Shown one piece after another: positions 13,150 to 23,624 of a stretch of DNA of 64,000 bases; within the stretch, counting starts at the first letter, position 1, and the number at the start of each line of letters is the position of its first letter. The stretch is from Octopus sinensis (lineage: Eukaryota). The DNA is taken from NCBI RefSeq assembly GCF_006345805.1, contig NC_043007.1:50964001-51028000 (forward strand), read 5' to 3'. The position numbers and the translations under genes are program-made. The notes under the pieces were generated by a model. The model made no database searches and was not told the origin of the DNA. It was given only the letters and a program-made list of their open reading frames with translations.

Positions 13150-13420
13150 CTCACATGTCGCCCTGGCGTCTGTTTTCTTTTGTCTAATACAGTTCACTCT
13201 GGAGCAAGTAACAGTGTCCATTACCCTGCTAGCACCTCCATCCTTGAAGAACGGTAAAAATCATACCAGGAAAGACACGACCCTGAGAGAGATTTCCAGG
13301 AGTTCACGTTTTAGAGCGAAAGGACTGGACGTCGACATTTTTGTAGAGCCTGAGGGAATGTACACTATGCCGATCCTCTCTCCGTTTTTCTTCCTCCATT
13401 TTTTCTTTCATCCCTTTCTG
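13150..13420 (-). pseudogene. Decayed distant relative of the ORF1 at 14587-15840
   Basis: With frameshifts the minus strand gives KKW..REDRHSVHSLRLYKNVD / KRELLE..ISLRV..V*FL, versus KKWLKDREDRTVVLRTYSKALD / EKELAE..ISRGV..VWLL in the intact ORF. Confidence 0.4.
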
Positions 13421-13584
13421 TCAAAGAGTGTAGGTTCAAAATATCTTCCCGGGCGTCAAACTAGTACTCCTGCTTGTAGTTTCCTCACCTGTCTTCATAT
13501 TTTGTTTTCTGTACACTTTATACATCCATCCATCCATCCATCCATCCATCCATGCATGCATACATACATACATACATGCATACA

Positions 13585-13642
<58 letters not shown>

Positions 13643-13681
13643 TACATACATACATACATACATACATACATACATACTACA

Positions 13682-13712
<31 letters not shown>

Positions 13713-13875
13713 GTATGTATGTATGTATAGGGTGTGTTGGGTGTGATGTGCAGAAACTGAATATTGAGAAAAAGAGTTGTCAGAATTTTTGAATAAAATC
13801 TTTTTGGAAAATTTTTTTTCCAAAATTCTAAGGACATCTTTTTGTCAATATATATATATATATATATATATATCA

Positions 13876-14254
13876 ATCTTTTACTCTTTTACTTGTTTCA
13901 GTCATTTGATTGCGGCCATGCTGGAGCACCGCCTTTAATCGAGCAAATCGACCCCAGGATTTATTCTTTGTAAGCCTAGTACTTATTCTATCGTTCGCTT
14001 TTGCCGAACGGCTATCTACGCGGATGTAAACCCACCAGCATCGGTTGTCAAGCGAATGGGGGAGAAACACAGACACACAAACACACACACACACACATAT
14101 ATACATATATATACGACGGGCTTCTTTCAGTTTCCCTCTACCAAATCCACTCACAAGGTTTTGGTCGGCCCAAGGCTATAGTAAAAGACACTTGCCCAAA
14201 GTGCCACGCAGCGGGACTGAACCCGGAACCATGCGGTTGGTAAGCAAGCTACTT
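13876..14254 (-). mobile_element. tRNA-derived SINE family A: body and 3' part of an interrupted copy
   Basis: Colinear with the uninterrupted copy 33181-33570; B-box-like GGTTCAGTCCC; truncated at the TSD 14240-14254. Confidence 0.9.
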
Positions 14255-16449
14255 TATTTCATAACATTTGCCATAAAGGCAGTACATAGAGTAAGTTAGC
14301 TTTGCGGGCTGGACGAGGACATTAATGAAGTGAATGATAATGAAAGAAAGATGATGGGGATGGGAGAAGACAAAAAGCGCCCTCCGACTTCTGCTTCTCT
14401 AAAACTTTGTTCTTTTAAGAACAAACACAAAACGAGGTATCAAACCTCTTACAATTTTTTCAATTTTTGGACTTAGCAGTCCATTACTAATAACAACATA
14501 GTTCAATAATTACATATATAAATACAATACACAAAGACCTGGCTTACACTTCCCTTAGGAATGCGCCAGCTCTCGGTCGGGGCCCCTCAAGTCGTATCAC
14601 AATTTGACTCGTCTTCGAAATAACTTGTGCCCGCGCCCTCCACCATCCACCACGCCTCCCTCAGAACGTAATCGAGTTCCGAGTTAGCGTCGCCCGGGAC
14701 CAAGCTATAATCCTCATTGAGCTCCTTCAGCCCAAGCGTCATGTCGAACGCCACGGCCTCCACAGCTACCTGCGGAGGCCATTCGGGGTCCTGTGTGAAG
14801 GCTAAAGGTGCTCCCTTGTGGTGCTTTTCCATCACCTTTTCAATCTCTCCGCCTTTATAGAAGAGGATCAATACCTCGTTTTTGCTCGGGTGCGGGATAT
14901 TCAATTCTTTCGTTGGCGGCACAGTTCCCGCCAACGGTATTTCTTCTCCTGTCGGTGGCACAACCCCAACCGACGTAGTTCCGGGACATTCCGGTGCTAT
15001 GTCACCGACAGCCGGTAATGTCCCGTTTCTCTTCCTCTTTTTCTTTTCTTTCTTTTCAACTGAGGGAGGGTGCGTCTCCTCCGTGGCCGGAAGATTCGCC
15101 TTTCTCTCCTCATCCCTAGTATCCTTTGGTGAGCACCCATTGTTGCTCACCTTCCTCTTTCGGCCTCTGTTTGAGGAGTCCTCTGCTTCCTCGGCCGTTA
15201 TCATTCCCTCTTCTACAGGGGTTTCACTTAGCTGTTCCGGGATCCTATTTTGTTCCCGGGGACAGTTCTTCTTTATATGGCCGGACTCCAAGCACCGATG
15301 ACACTTAGGGGGGCGACCCTCAAGCACCACCGGGTACCTGCACCCGGCCATTTTCAAAAAATCTGGAAGAACCAGATTGGTTGATTGGGTCCAAAGGGTC
15401 AAAATTGCTTTTGACCCAACCCAAGCAGCCGCAGGAAGAACTTTTACATTAAGGAGCTTAGTTTCGCTGCTACCCAGACCCCGGCGGATAGTCTCCTCTA
15501 TCCACTCGGGTTCTATCCCGGGTGGCAGCCCGCAAATCCAAGCTTTCGTCAGTCTCTTTTTTTGGTACGTGGGCAGGAATAAAATTTCCTTACCCTCCAG
15601 AGGTTTACTAGCAAATTTGCAAGCCTCTTCAGGGGTGTCAAATAGCAACCACACCGTTGCATATTTGACACCCCTGGAAATGAATTTAATTGTTGGCAAA
15701 TACTCTGCCAACTCCTTTTCAATTGCCGTCTTTTCGAACAGGGCGATCGTGTCGAGTGCCTTGGAGTAGGTTCTCAACACCACCGTCCTATCTTCACGGT
15801 CTTTTAACCACTTTTTAGGCGGTATGATATCCCATTCCAAAACTTTGTCATTTTTTAAAAATTTTTTTAAATATATTCAAAATAAAACTTAAAAAGCGAG
15901 AAGAAAAAGAAATCAGAAGAAAGTCACAATGAACAAAAAAGGAGAAAGTCAAATAAAGTTAAAAAGAAAGTCAATAACACAGCAAAAACCTTTTGGCCAT
16001 TCGGTACTCCCGGCCGCAACTGGAACACAACTTCCACAAAAATTGGTGTAAAATTGGTAAAAATTGTTCAAACTTCGGAGGCAAAGCACTCCCCTATATA
16101 ACAGTTTTCACAATTCTTAAAGTTCTTCACAGCACAATACAATTCTCATAATTAGGTGAGAAAAATATTCACTCAATTATCGAAGACGAATACGCCCCCC
16201 CCCCAATTCTCACAATTCATCGAGAAAAATATATTTGCCCCATGTCGGCAGAATCAGAATTCTGAATCCAGTAGGACTTCCTGCCTGTAAAAAACAATTT
16301 TCAACAAAAATTCCCACTGGACCCAGAAAATAGAATCTTACCTTACAATGGGGCTTCAAAAATTTTAAATTCAAGACGGCTTCAAAAGCACGTCTTCACC
16401 GCTTCAGTGCCAAACACAACACTGACTCGCACATGCGCAGAAGCAACCT
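14255..16449 (-). mobile_element. ORF1-only non-autonomous non-LTR retroelement (L1/Tx1-like, HAL1-type organisation), 2195 bp
   Basis: Exact 15-bp direct repeat GTAAGCAAGCTACTT at 14240-14254 and 16450-16464; ~600-nt 5' UTR, single ORF, 330-nt 3' UTR ending ...GAAATA at the TSD; no RT or endonuclease sequence. Confidence 0.8.
14587..15840 (-). CDS. Retroelement ORF1/Gag-like protein with one CCHC zinc knuckle (417-codon open frame)
   Basis: CHRCLESGHIKKNC = CX2CX4HX4C; preceded by an RRM-like region; basic low-complexity linker (GRKRK, KKEKKKRKR); ~100-aa C-terminal segment. The frame has no in-frame ATG near its start; the nearest ATG (15849-15851) is off-frame by one base. Confidence 0.8.
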   Translation of the reverse strand: MEWDIIPPKKWLKDREDRTVVLRTYSKALDTIALFEKTAIEKELAEYLPTIKFISRGVKYATVWLLFDTPEEACKFASKPLEGKEILFLPTYQKKRLTKAWICGLPPGIEPEWIEETIRRGLGSSETKLLNVKVLPAAAWVGSKAILTLWTQSTNLVLPDFLKMAGCRYPVVLEGRPPKCHRCLESGHIKKNCPREQNRIPEQLSETPVEEGMITAEEAEDSSNRGRKRKVSNNGCSPKDTRDEERKANLPATEETHPPSVEKKEKKKRKRNGTLPAVGDIAPECPGTTSVGVVPPTGEEIPLAGTVPPTKELNIPHPSKNEVLILFYKGGEIEKVMEKHHKGAPLAFTQDPEWPPQVAVEAVAFDMTLGLKELNEDYSLVPGDANSELDYVLREAWWMVEGAGTSYFEDESNCDTT

Positions 16450-16486
16450 GTAAGCAAGCTACTTACCACACAAACACTCCTGCACT
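16450..16486 (-). mobile_element. 5' head (A box) of the interrupted SINE family A copy
   Basis: Minus strand GTGCAGGAGTGTTTGTGTGGTAAGTAGCTTGCTTAC continues directly into 14239 once the insertion and one TSD copy are removed. Confidence 0.85.
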
Positions 16487-16533
16487 GCATATACATATGT
16501 ACATATGTATATGTATACATATATGTATATACA

Positions 16534-16569
<36 letters not shown>

Positions 16570-16571
16570 TA

Positions 16572-16645
<74 letters not shown>

Positions 16646-17084
16646 GGTATACATACATACATTTCGATAAAAGGAAATACAGGAGGATCAGTTATGACTT
16701 AATTCAACATATTCCTCTCTCAGATTGACACATTTATTGCAACAATTTTTCTATACCCTGCAAAAGAACTTGGAAGGTTGGACCTCCAATTAGGCCTTTC
16801 GCGATACCCTTAAAGCCAAGAATTTTTGAGCATCCCCTCGTATATATCTTAAAGAATAGGTGAACTGATACATCTTCAAAATTGTTTTTAACTGTTAATT
16901 ATACACTCTAAACAAACCCTGGTACTTCTTATCTCTTAAAGTGTTTAGCCGGTAACTGTACTATACATGAGAGCTCTTGCGGCACCCGCTTGGATAATTT
17001 ATCAGCATACACTCGTTATGTAAGTATACATACATATACATGTACGAGTGTGGGTTTGCCCTTCATGATGTTTCTACTTCATAC

Positions 17085-17158
17085 TTAAACCAACATACAG
17101 ACACAATTATGTGTGTGCTTACGTACATTTGTATATAAGTACATTTGTATATAAGTAC

Positions 17159-17189
<31 letters not shown>

Positions 17190-17560
17190 TGTATGTATGT
17201 ATGTATGTATGTATGTATGTATGTATGTATGTATGCATGCATGTATATACATGCAAATTTGAATGTTTTGTTCTATGTATGCATTCTCATGCATATTCTT
17301 TGCATATCTAGATATGTTCATATATACTTAAATGATAAACTTCTGGAAAGTTTTACAGAGTTTTACAGTTCCAGTGATGGCTTGGATCTATAGTCTTCGA
17401 ATCAGACTTTCTCCCTTCTCGTTTTTAGAAGCCTAATTTCTCAAGACTGCTATTTAAACCTGAACTTGTGATCTGGATTCCTCAGTATTTCAGCGTAGCT
17501 ATTTTCTTTTTATGTATGTATGTGTTCATCCGATGAGCTTCTGCAGTTTTCTTGTACTAA
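17085..17560 (-). mobile_element. Degenerate 3' end of an R4/Dong-type RLE LINE with a (TATG)n expansion
   Basis: Reverse complement of 19550-19860; similar to 51690-52100. Confidence 0.7.
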
Positions 17561-18047
17561 ACCGAACACTCAAATCGACTCGAAGATGTGCTAGAACAGA
17601 CAAGGTTGCGGTGAGACGCTATTAGATCGAACATCTGAACACGTGATTGCAAAACGTAAAAAGTAAAAAAAAGAAAATGGCAGAAACTTTTATAAGCATT
17701 CTCCTAACTTCAAATACTCCCAGGAATTTGTTGAGAGGCATTTTAGTTGGTATGCTGAGTAAAAGAAATGATTACGTAATAACTCATCGAGTTTGACTTT
17801 GGTAGAATGTTGTTTGGAATTACAAAATGACATGCTCTACAAAGATCAATTTTCGCTAATTAAATAAAAAGCTTTTTTTCTGAATTTCTATTTTTCTTGT
17901 TTAGTTTCAGCCAAATTTTCATTTGAATATTTTGTAAGTTAATAGGAATATTTTGCTATTCATTTCTCTAATTCTAAAAATACTTTTGCATATTTATCTC
18001 TCCTCGTTTCTCTCCCTCTCTCTCACCATGTTCCTTTCACTCCCTAC

Positions 18048-18101
<54 letters not shown>

Positions 18102-19039
18102 TTCTCTCTCGCTCGCTCGCTCTCTGTCCCCTGAGAATTTGGAACCAGGAACCACTTGTTACGACTACAGAAAGGGTATTGTCAGGATTGGCAACCACGA
18201 GGTGTCTGTCATCTTATATTCTGTCAAGGGAAAATATCAAATAACGCCAAAATAAATTACATCTACTGACAACTTTAAATGTGCCTAACATAGCCACTGA
18301 ATTTTAATTTGTATACGCATGTGTGTACGTACGTACGAAGCACTTGTATATATGCATGTATGTATGTGTGTGTATGTATGATCATGCGTATGTATGCATG
18401 TGTGTAAATTATATATACCGACACTCGCAGAAACCTACCTAAATACACATAACACCAGAGATGTGAGTAGAGTTGCTAAAAAGTAGAAGTTAATCATTGT
18501 AGCCAACTTTAAAGATTTGTAACAATCATGCTATACTCCAACATTTGACTGATACTAGTAAAGCGAAGCTTTCCTTACTCGAAATTACAGCGATGTTCAT
18601 GTATTGAGTACGTTTTTTTCACGATAGTAAATTCCAGCATATCCCTCACCTCTTCCCACACACTCTCTCCCTCTTTCTCTCTCTCTCTCTTGTGCGCATG
18701 TGTGTATGTATGAAGCAAGCACGGCATAAGGAGAAAGAAAACGAAACCATGAGATACATATTAAAGTAAGTATACATTACCCAGAGCTAAGCTTAAATTA
18801 CATACATTACATGGTACTCGTCAGTGGGAGAACGTCTATGTTTTTATAGACGTAGGCGAGATCATGCTCTGGTTATCGTCTAATGGAAAGGGAACGAAGC
18901 AGAAGTAATCGAGACACGGTGGCTCTACCGTACGCTAAAATAGCAAACATCTGGGTAAACTTCACACAAAGGGCTCAACAGAGTCTAAATTTTAGACTTC
19001 ATATTTTATTATAGGAATTAGACTTGTATATCAGTCAGT

Positions 19040-19230
19040 GGACTGCAGTCATGCTGGGGCACCGTTATGAGAGGTTTTACTTCAACAAATAGACTCCCAG
19101 TACTTATTTCTTAAGCCTGGTAATTATTTTATCTGTTTGTTTTGCTGAACCGTGAAGTTACAGGGACGTAAACAAGTGAACACCAATCGTGAAACGGTGG
19201 CTGGGGACAAACACAAACGCACGCGCGCAT
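19040..19230 (-). mobile_element. Degenerate SINE family A 3' part
   Basis: GTCAGTGGACTGCAGTCATGCTGGGGCACC...CCCAGTACTTATT matches 33210-33300. Confidence 0.6.
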
Positions 19231-19446
19231 AGATTTGTGCAAATATAGCAAGAAAATAAGGTAAATGTCAGTTTAAATATTTAGTTCCTACGTACGTTTC
19301 AAGTTAGTGTTTATTTGGAACTCACTATTGGATGTACCAAGTGCATTTGGATGCCTAACTGCAATGCCTCATCAGGAAACACTTTATTGCATTGTCACAG
19401 AGATCAAATACATACACACATACATACATACATATATACATACATA

Positions 19447-19975
19447 TCCTGAGACAGAAGAGAAACTGCATAGTTGTGGAAATTAGCTGCCCAGCGGATG
19501 TTAACATAAAGCTGAAGGTCAGTGAAAAAGAGAACACCTACGCTGAACTATTGAGAAAGCTGCAGTTACTCTATCCATATTACAAGTTCAGGTTTATAGC
19601 TATAATCATCGGGGCCCTAGAATATGTAATACACTGCCTAAATACCAATTTTGAGAAATTAGGTTTCTCAAAACCAGAAAGGAGAAAGCTAATTCGAAGA
19701 CTACATGTCCTATCCATCACTGGAACTGTAAATATTTGTAAAACTTTGCAGAAGTTTATCATTTAAATATATGTGAGCATGTCTAAATATGCAGCTATAT
19801 GCATGAGAATACATGCATAAAGCAAAACATACAAATCTGCACATATACATAACACAAACTATAATACCCTGTTGATGATATTCAAATTCAAATGAAGGAG
19901 CATTGAATCTAGGTTAGAAACCGGCTCTTTCTCTATTGGGAATAAATCTTGAAATAAAACTGGACAATAACATGA
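19447..19975 (+). mobile_element. 3' end of an R4/Dong-clade non-LTR retrotransposon (restriction-like endonuclease C-terminus plus 3' UTR)
   Basis: RQKRNCIVVEISCPADVNIKLKVSEKENTYAELL...IIIGAL resembles the RLE pattern (E/D-x-S-x-P-x-D-x-N...K..EK..Y...IGALG); stop at 19766. Confidence 0.8.
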
Positions 19976-19991
19976 ATACACGCACACATGT

Positions 19992-20164
<173 letters not shown>

Positions 20165-20449
20165 ATGTATGTATGTGTGTATGGAGCTATGTCTTCGTGA
20201 AGTACATGTGCATATTCCACGAAACAAATGTATGTACCTTGATGCTTTACTTTAAAGGAGAAAATGATACATATAAGTCGAGATTCCAAGTGAATTATAG
20301 TATCTGCACAGTAAGTATGTATTAAACGATTATGTGGTGCCATTTTAATTCTCTGTTACACATGCTTCATAGTAGTATGGGAAATACATTTTATGACAAT
20401 GAATATTAGTATAAGTACTAATAAAGACGTATAAAAGAGAACAAGGCAG

Positions 20450-20678
20450 TATTAATACCGAGAGGTAATATTTATTTCCACTTAAATTTGGATGTTCTGT
20501 TAGAACAAACTATACTGCTGTAGATACCATGAGAGACACGCTCATATTGGCTTTTGGTGCAAAAATGCACTCTTGTTTATATCGCTAGCGGGGGGTATTC
20601 ATCATGGTAACTAGTGCAGCATAGTTTGTTCTAATAGGACGTTTAAGTGTGAATGGATATTACCTCTCGGTATTAATA
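20450..20678. repeat. Imperfect ~85-bp inverted repeat, PLE pLTR-like
   Basis: TATTAATACCGAGAGGTAATAT...TTAGAACAAACTAT...ACCATGA pairs with TCATGGT...ATAGTTTGTTCTAA...ATATTACCTCTCGGTATTAATA. Confidence 0.7.
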
Positions 20679-20765
20679 TACACTCATCCAGAGCCACAGT
20701 ACAAACATACGAAGGGGAATTAGAAAGTACTGAAAATAAAAATTGCACATAAACATATATATCTG

Positions 20766-20797
<32 letters not shown>

Positions 20798-20892
20798 TGT
20801 ATGTATGTATGTATGTATGTATGTATGTATGTATGTATTGGTGTTCGCTTGTAACTACAAATTGGAAAAGTTCTTTAAACTTAAAGCGTAGT

Positions 20893-21090
20893 AACGGCGA
20901 TGAAATGGCAGAATCGTTAGCACACCGGGCAAATTGCTTAGCGGCATTTTGTCCGTTTTTAAGGAGTTCAAATTCCACCGATGTCGACTTTTTCTTTCAT
21001 ATTCTCGGAGCCGATGAAATAAGTACCAGTTGAACACTGCGGTCGATGCAATCGACTGTCCCCCCTCTCCTGAATTTGCTCGCCTTGTGC
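20893..21090 (+). mobile_element. tRNA-derived SINE family C
   Basis: TGGCAGAATCGTTAGC A box and GAGTTCAAATTCC B box; sister copies at 25709-25890 and 36000-36070 (minus). Confidence 0.7.
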
Positions 21091-21732
21091 CAAAATTTGA
21101 AGCCATATTGTGTAGATTTGTGTAGTCTAGTATTGTGTGCATAGTATTGTGCATTTTTTTTATCTATTTCAGTTATGTGGTTGTGGTCATGCTGGAGCAC
21201 CATAATGGTACAGAGCTGTGTTTATACCGTATAATGTAATATAATGTAGTGCAGCCTAATAATTGAAGTGTTTCTAATATATTCTCATACTTCATGTTGA
21301 TATGAATTATTCAAAGTCAGGCATATTTGAAATATCGCACGAGAGAACTTCGATGTGATCAATCGACTCAGCGCTCAAACGTAAATAAACAATAAAACAA
21401 CAAAAAGAAGACATTATCTGGGAAGTATTCGCTGCAGAAGAATAAAAAAATAAGTCATAAAAATAAAAAAGATCAGACAGAAATCTTCATGTCTTTAATG
21501 TCCTTCATGTCCAACTGAAATGAAGTCATATGAAACGGGAAGTCGACATATAGTAAAACAACTAATGGATGTAAGAACAATAGTTAACTTGACTTACAAA
21601 ATTATCAGACGTATGGGATATTTTGTATGACTAAATCTCAGAACAATTTTGTCACTGAAGAGATCATCCATCTTTGAATGGAAAAATAGGGAAGCAAAGG
21701 AGTTACATGTCTTTCTTGTTACCATTGTGTTT

Positions 21733-21793
21733 ATAAATAATAATAATAAATAATAATAATAATAATAATAACAATTATTATTATTATTATTAA

Positions 21794-21865
<72 letters not shown>

Positions 21866-21867
21866 CA
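21733..21867. repeat. (TAA)n/(TTA)n microsatellite
   Basis: Trinucleotide array; source of the poly-Ile ORF. Confidence 0.95.
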
Positions 21868-22213
21868 TCAAAGTGACTTCCAAGTGAACAGTTGTCAGTT
21901 GCTGGAATCTTGAGACCTGACAGCCGGTTGCTTGATCAATGGATGGGAAAGGCTGGGAGAGATAGTCGAGTAAAGAACGAGGAATAAATTTACAAAGATT
22001 AGGACAGGAGAGGATGGAGGTTAGGAAAGGGAGAGTGAGAACAGGAGTATAGAGTGTGTGTGTGTGCATGGAGAGAGGGAAAGAAGAGGAAAAAGAAAGA
22101 AAATAATGAACAAAATGGAAGAAAAAAGGACAAACACAAAGTATAATGAAAATAACAGAGAAGGACAAAGAGACAAAAACAGAGAGTATGTGTTTGCTTA
22201 GAGAAAAATGTAA

Positions 22214-22660
22214 TGGCAAGCCTGTGTGGTAAGCAGCTTGATTCCCAAACTCATGGTTTCGTGTTCAGTCCAGCTGCATGACACATGGGTCGTCTTCCTC
22301 CGGGCCGATCAAACCCTTGCGAGTGGATTTGGTAGACGGAAACTGGAAGAAGCCCGTCATGAATATATGTGTGTATGTGCGTGAGTATATATGTGTGTAT
22401 GTATGTGAGTGTGTGTCTGTGTGTGTCTGAGTGTGGGAGAGAGAGAGAGAGAGAGAGAGAGACTGTGTGTCCTTGTGTTTGCTTCCCACCACCGCTTGAA
22501 ATCGCTGTTGGTTTCTTTATGTCTCCATAACTTAGCAAAAGAGACGATAGAATAAGTACCAGGCTTAAAAATGTAAGTACTAGGGTCAATTTGTCCCACT
22601 AAATCCTACAATGCAGTGCCCCAACATGGCCGCAGACTAATAACTGAAACAAGTAAAAGT
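22214..22660 (+). mobile_element. SINE family A, diverged full-length copy
   Basis: CCTGTGTGGTAAGCAGCTTG head, GAGTGGATTTGGTAGACGGAAACTG core, internal TG/GA repeat, ACTGAAACAAGTAAAAG tail. Confidence 0.8.
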
Positions 22661-23624
22661 AAAAAAGGGTTATCTACCTATTTATACGTAAGTATACACA
22701 GACACCAACACAGAAAGGGAGAGGGGGAGAGGAAGAGAGAAGGAGCGAGAGAGAGAGAGAGAGTGGATACCTTACGAAATATTCTTACCGACCCCAAACA
22801 GTGAAATATTAAAAAAAAAACACTCGGAAGACATTTGTGATTTGAACATATGTATGTCTGAAGATATGGGTTTCCCATAAGTAATCATAGACTCTCAACA
22901 AAATGAATAAACAAACAAACAAATAAATAAACGATGTGGGAGACCTTAACTAATGCGATAACCTTTGTTCATTTTTTTTTTAGTATTTGAGAATATCAGC
23001 GTTGATGATATGTCATAAAATGTATGGAGAAGCTACTTGAAAATTTTGTTCCGTTGCCGGAAGAAAACTAGGCATAAAGGGTGATGCCAAAACTAGAACT
23101 CCCGTCCACAAAGAATCGCAGCAGCAACCTATGCAGAAGAGACGTCATTTAAAGGTTTTCAGTTATAGAGTTGTCTCTGAAAAGAAGAGTTACTTTTGAA
23201 TCCTTTTATATGTATTGTCACATGTTTCTCTTACATATCTGACTAGCGACAACCAAAGCAGAGCTGCTGTGAGAAATTCGGTTATCTAGTAACTCGAGGT
23301 GTCACAATATATTGAATCGAATCAACAAAAATATCCGAGACAATACTAAAAGCGTATGATGTTCACCTCTAACAGCGATGATCCAGTATAGTCTTGGTAT
23401 TTTATTAGATAGATTGTTTTAACGGTGGACCTCGAAATAGATAAGGCTATAAATAATGGCATGTAGAATATAGGTTTAAAACTAATCTAGATAGCAAATT
23501 ACCAAAACACTGCTCGCATGATTCGAGCCTATATTTGTCTGAGGACAATGTGCTACCGTTATACAAAAGCAAACTCTTGAAATTTCTCTAGAAGTTTATA
23601 TGTATATATATATATATATATATA

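Noticed and set aside
18130-18255. Exon or signal-peptide ORF (MTDTSWLPILTIPFL on the minus strand)
   Set aside because: Stops follow within 20 codons in all frames and there is no convincing donor.
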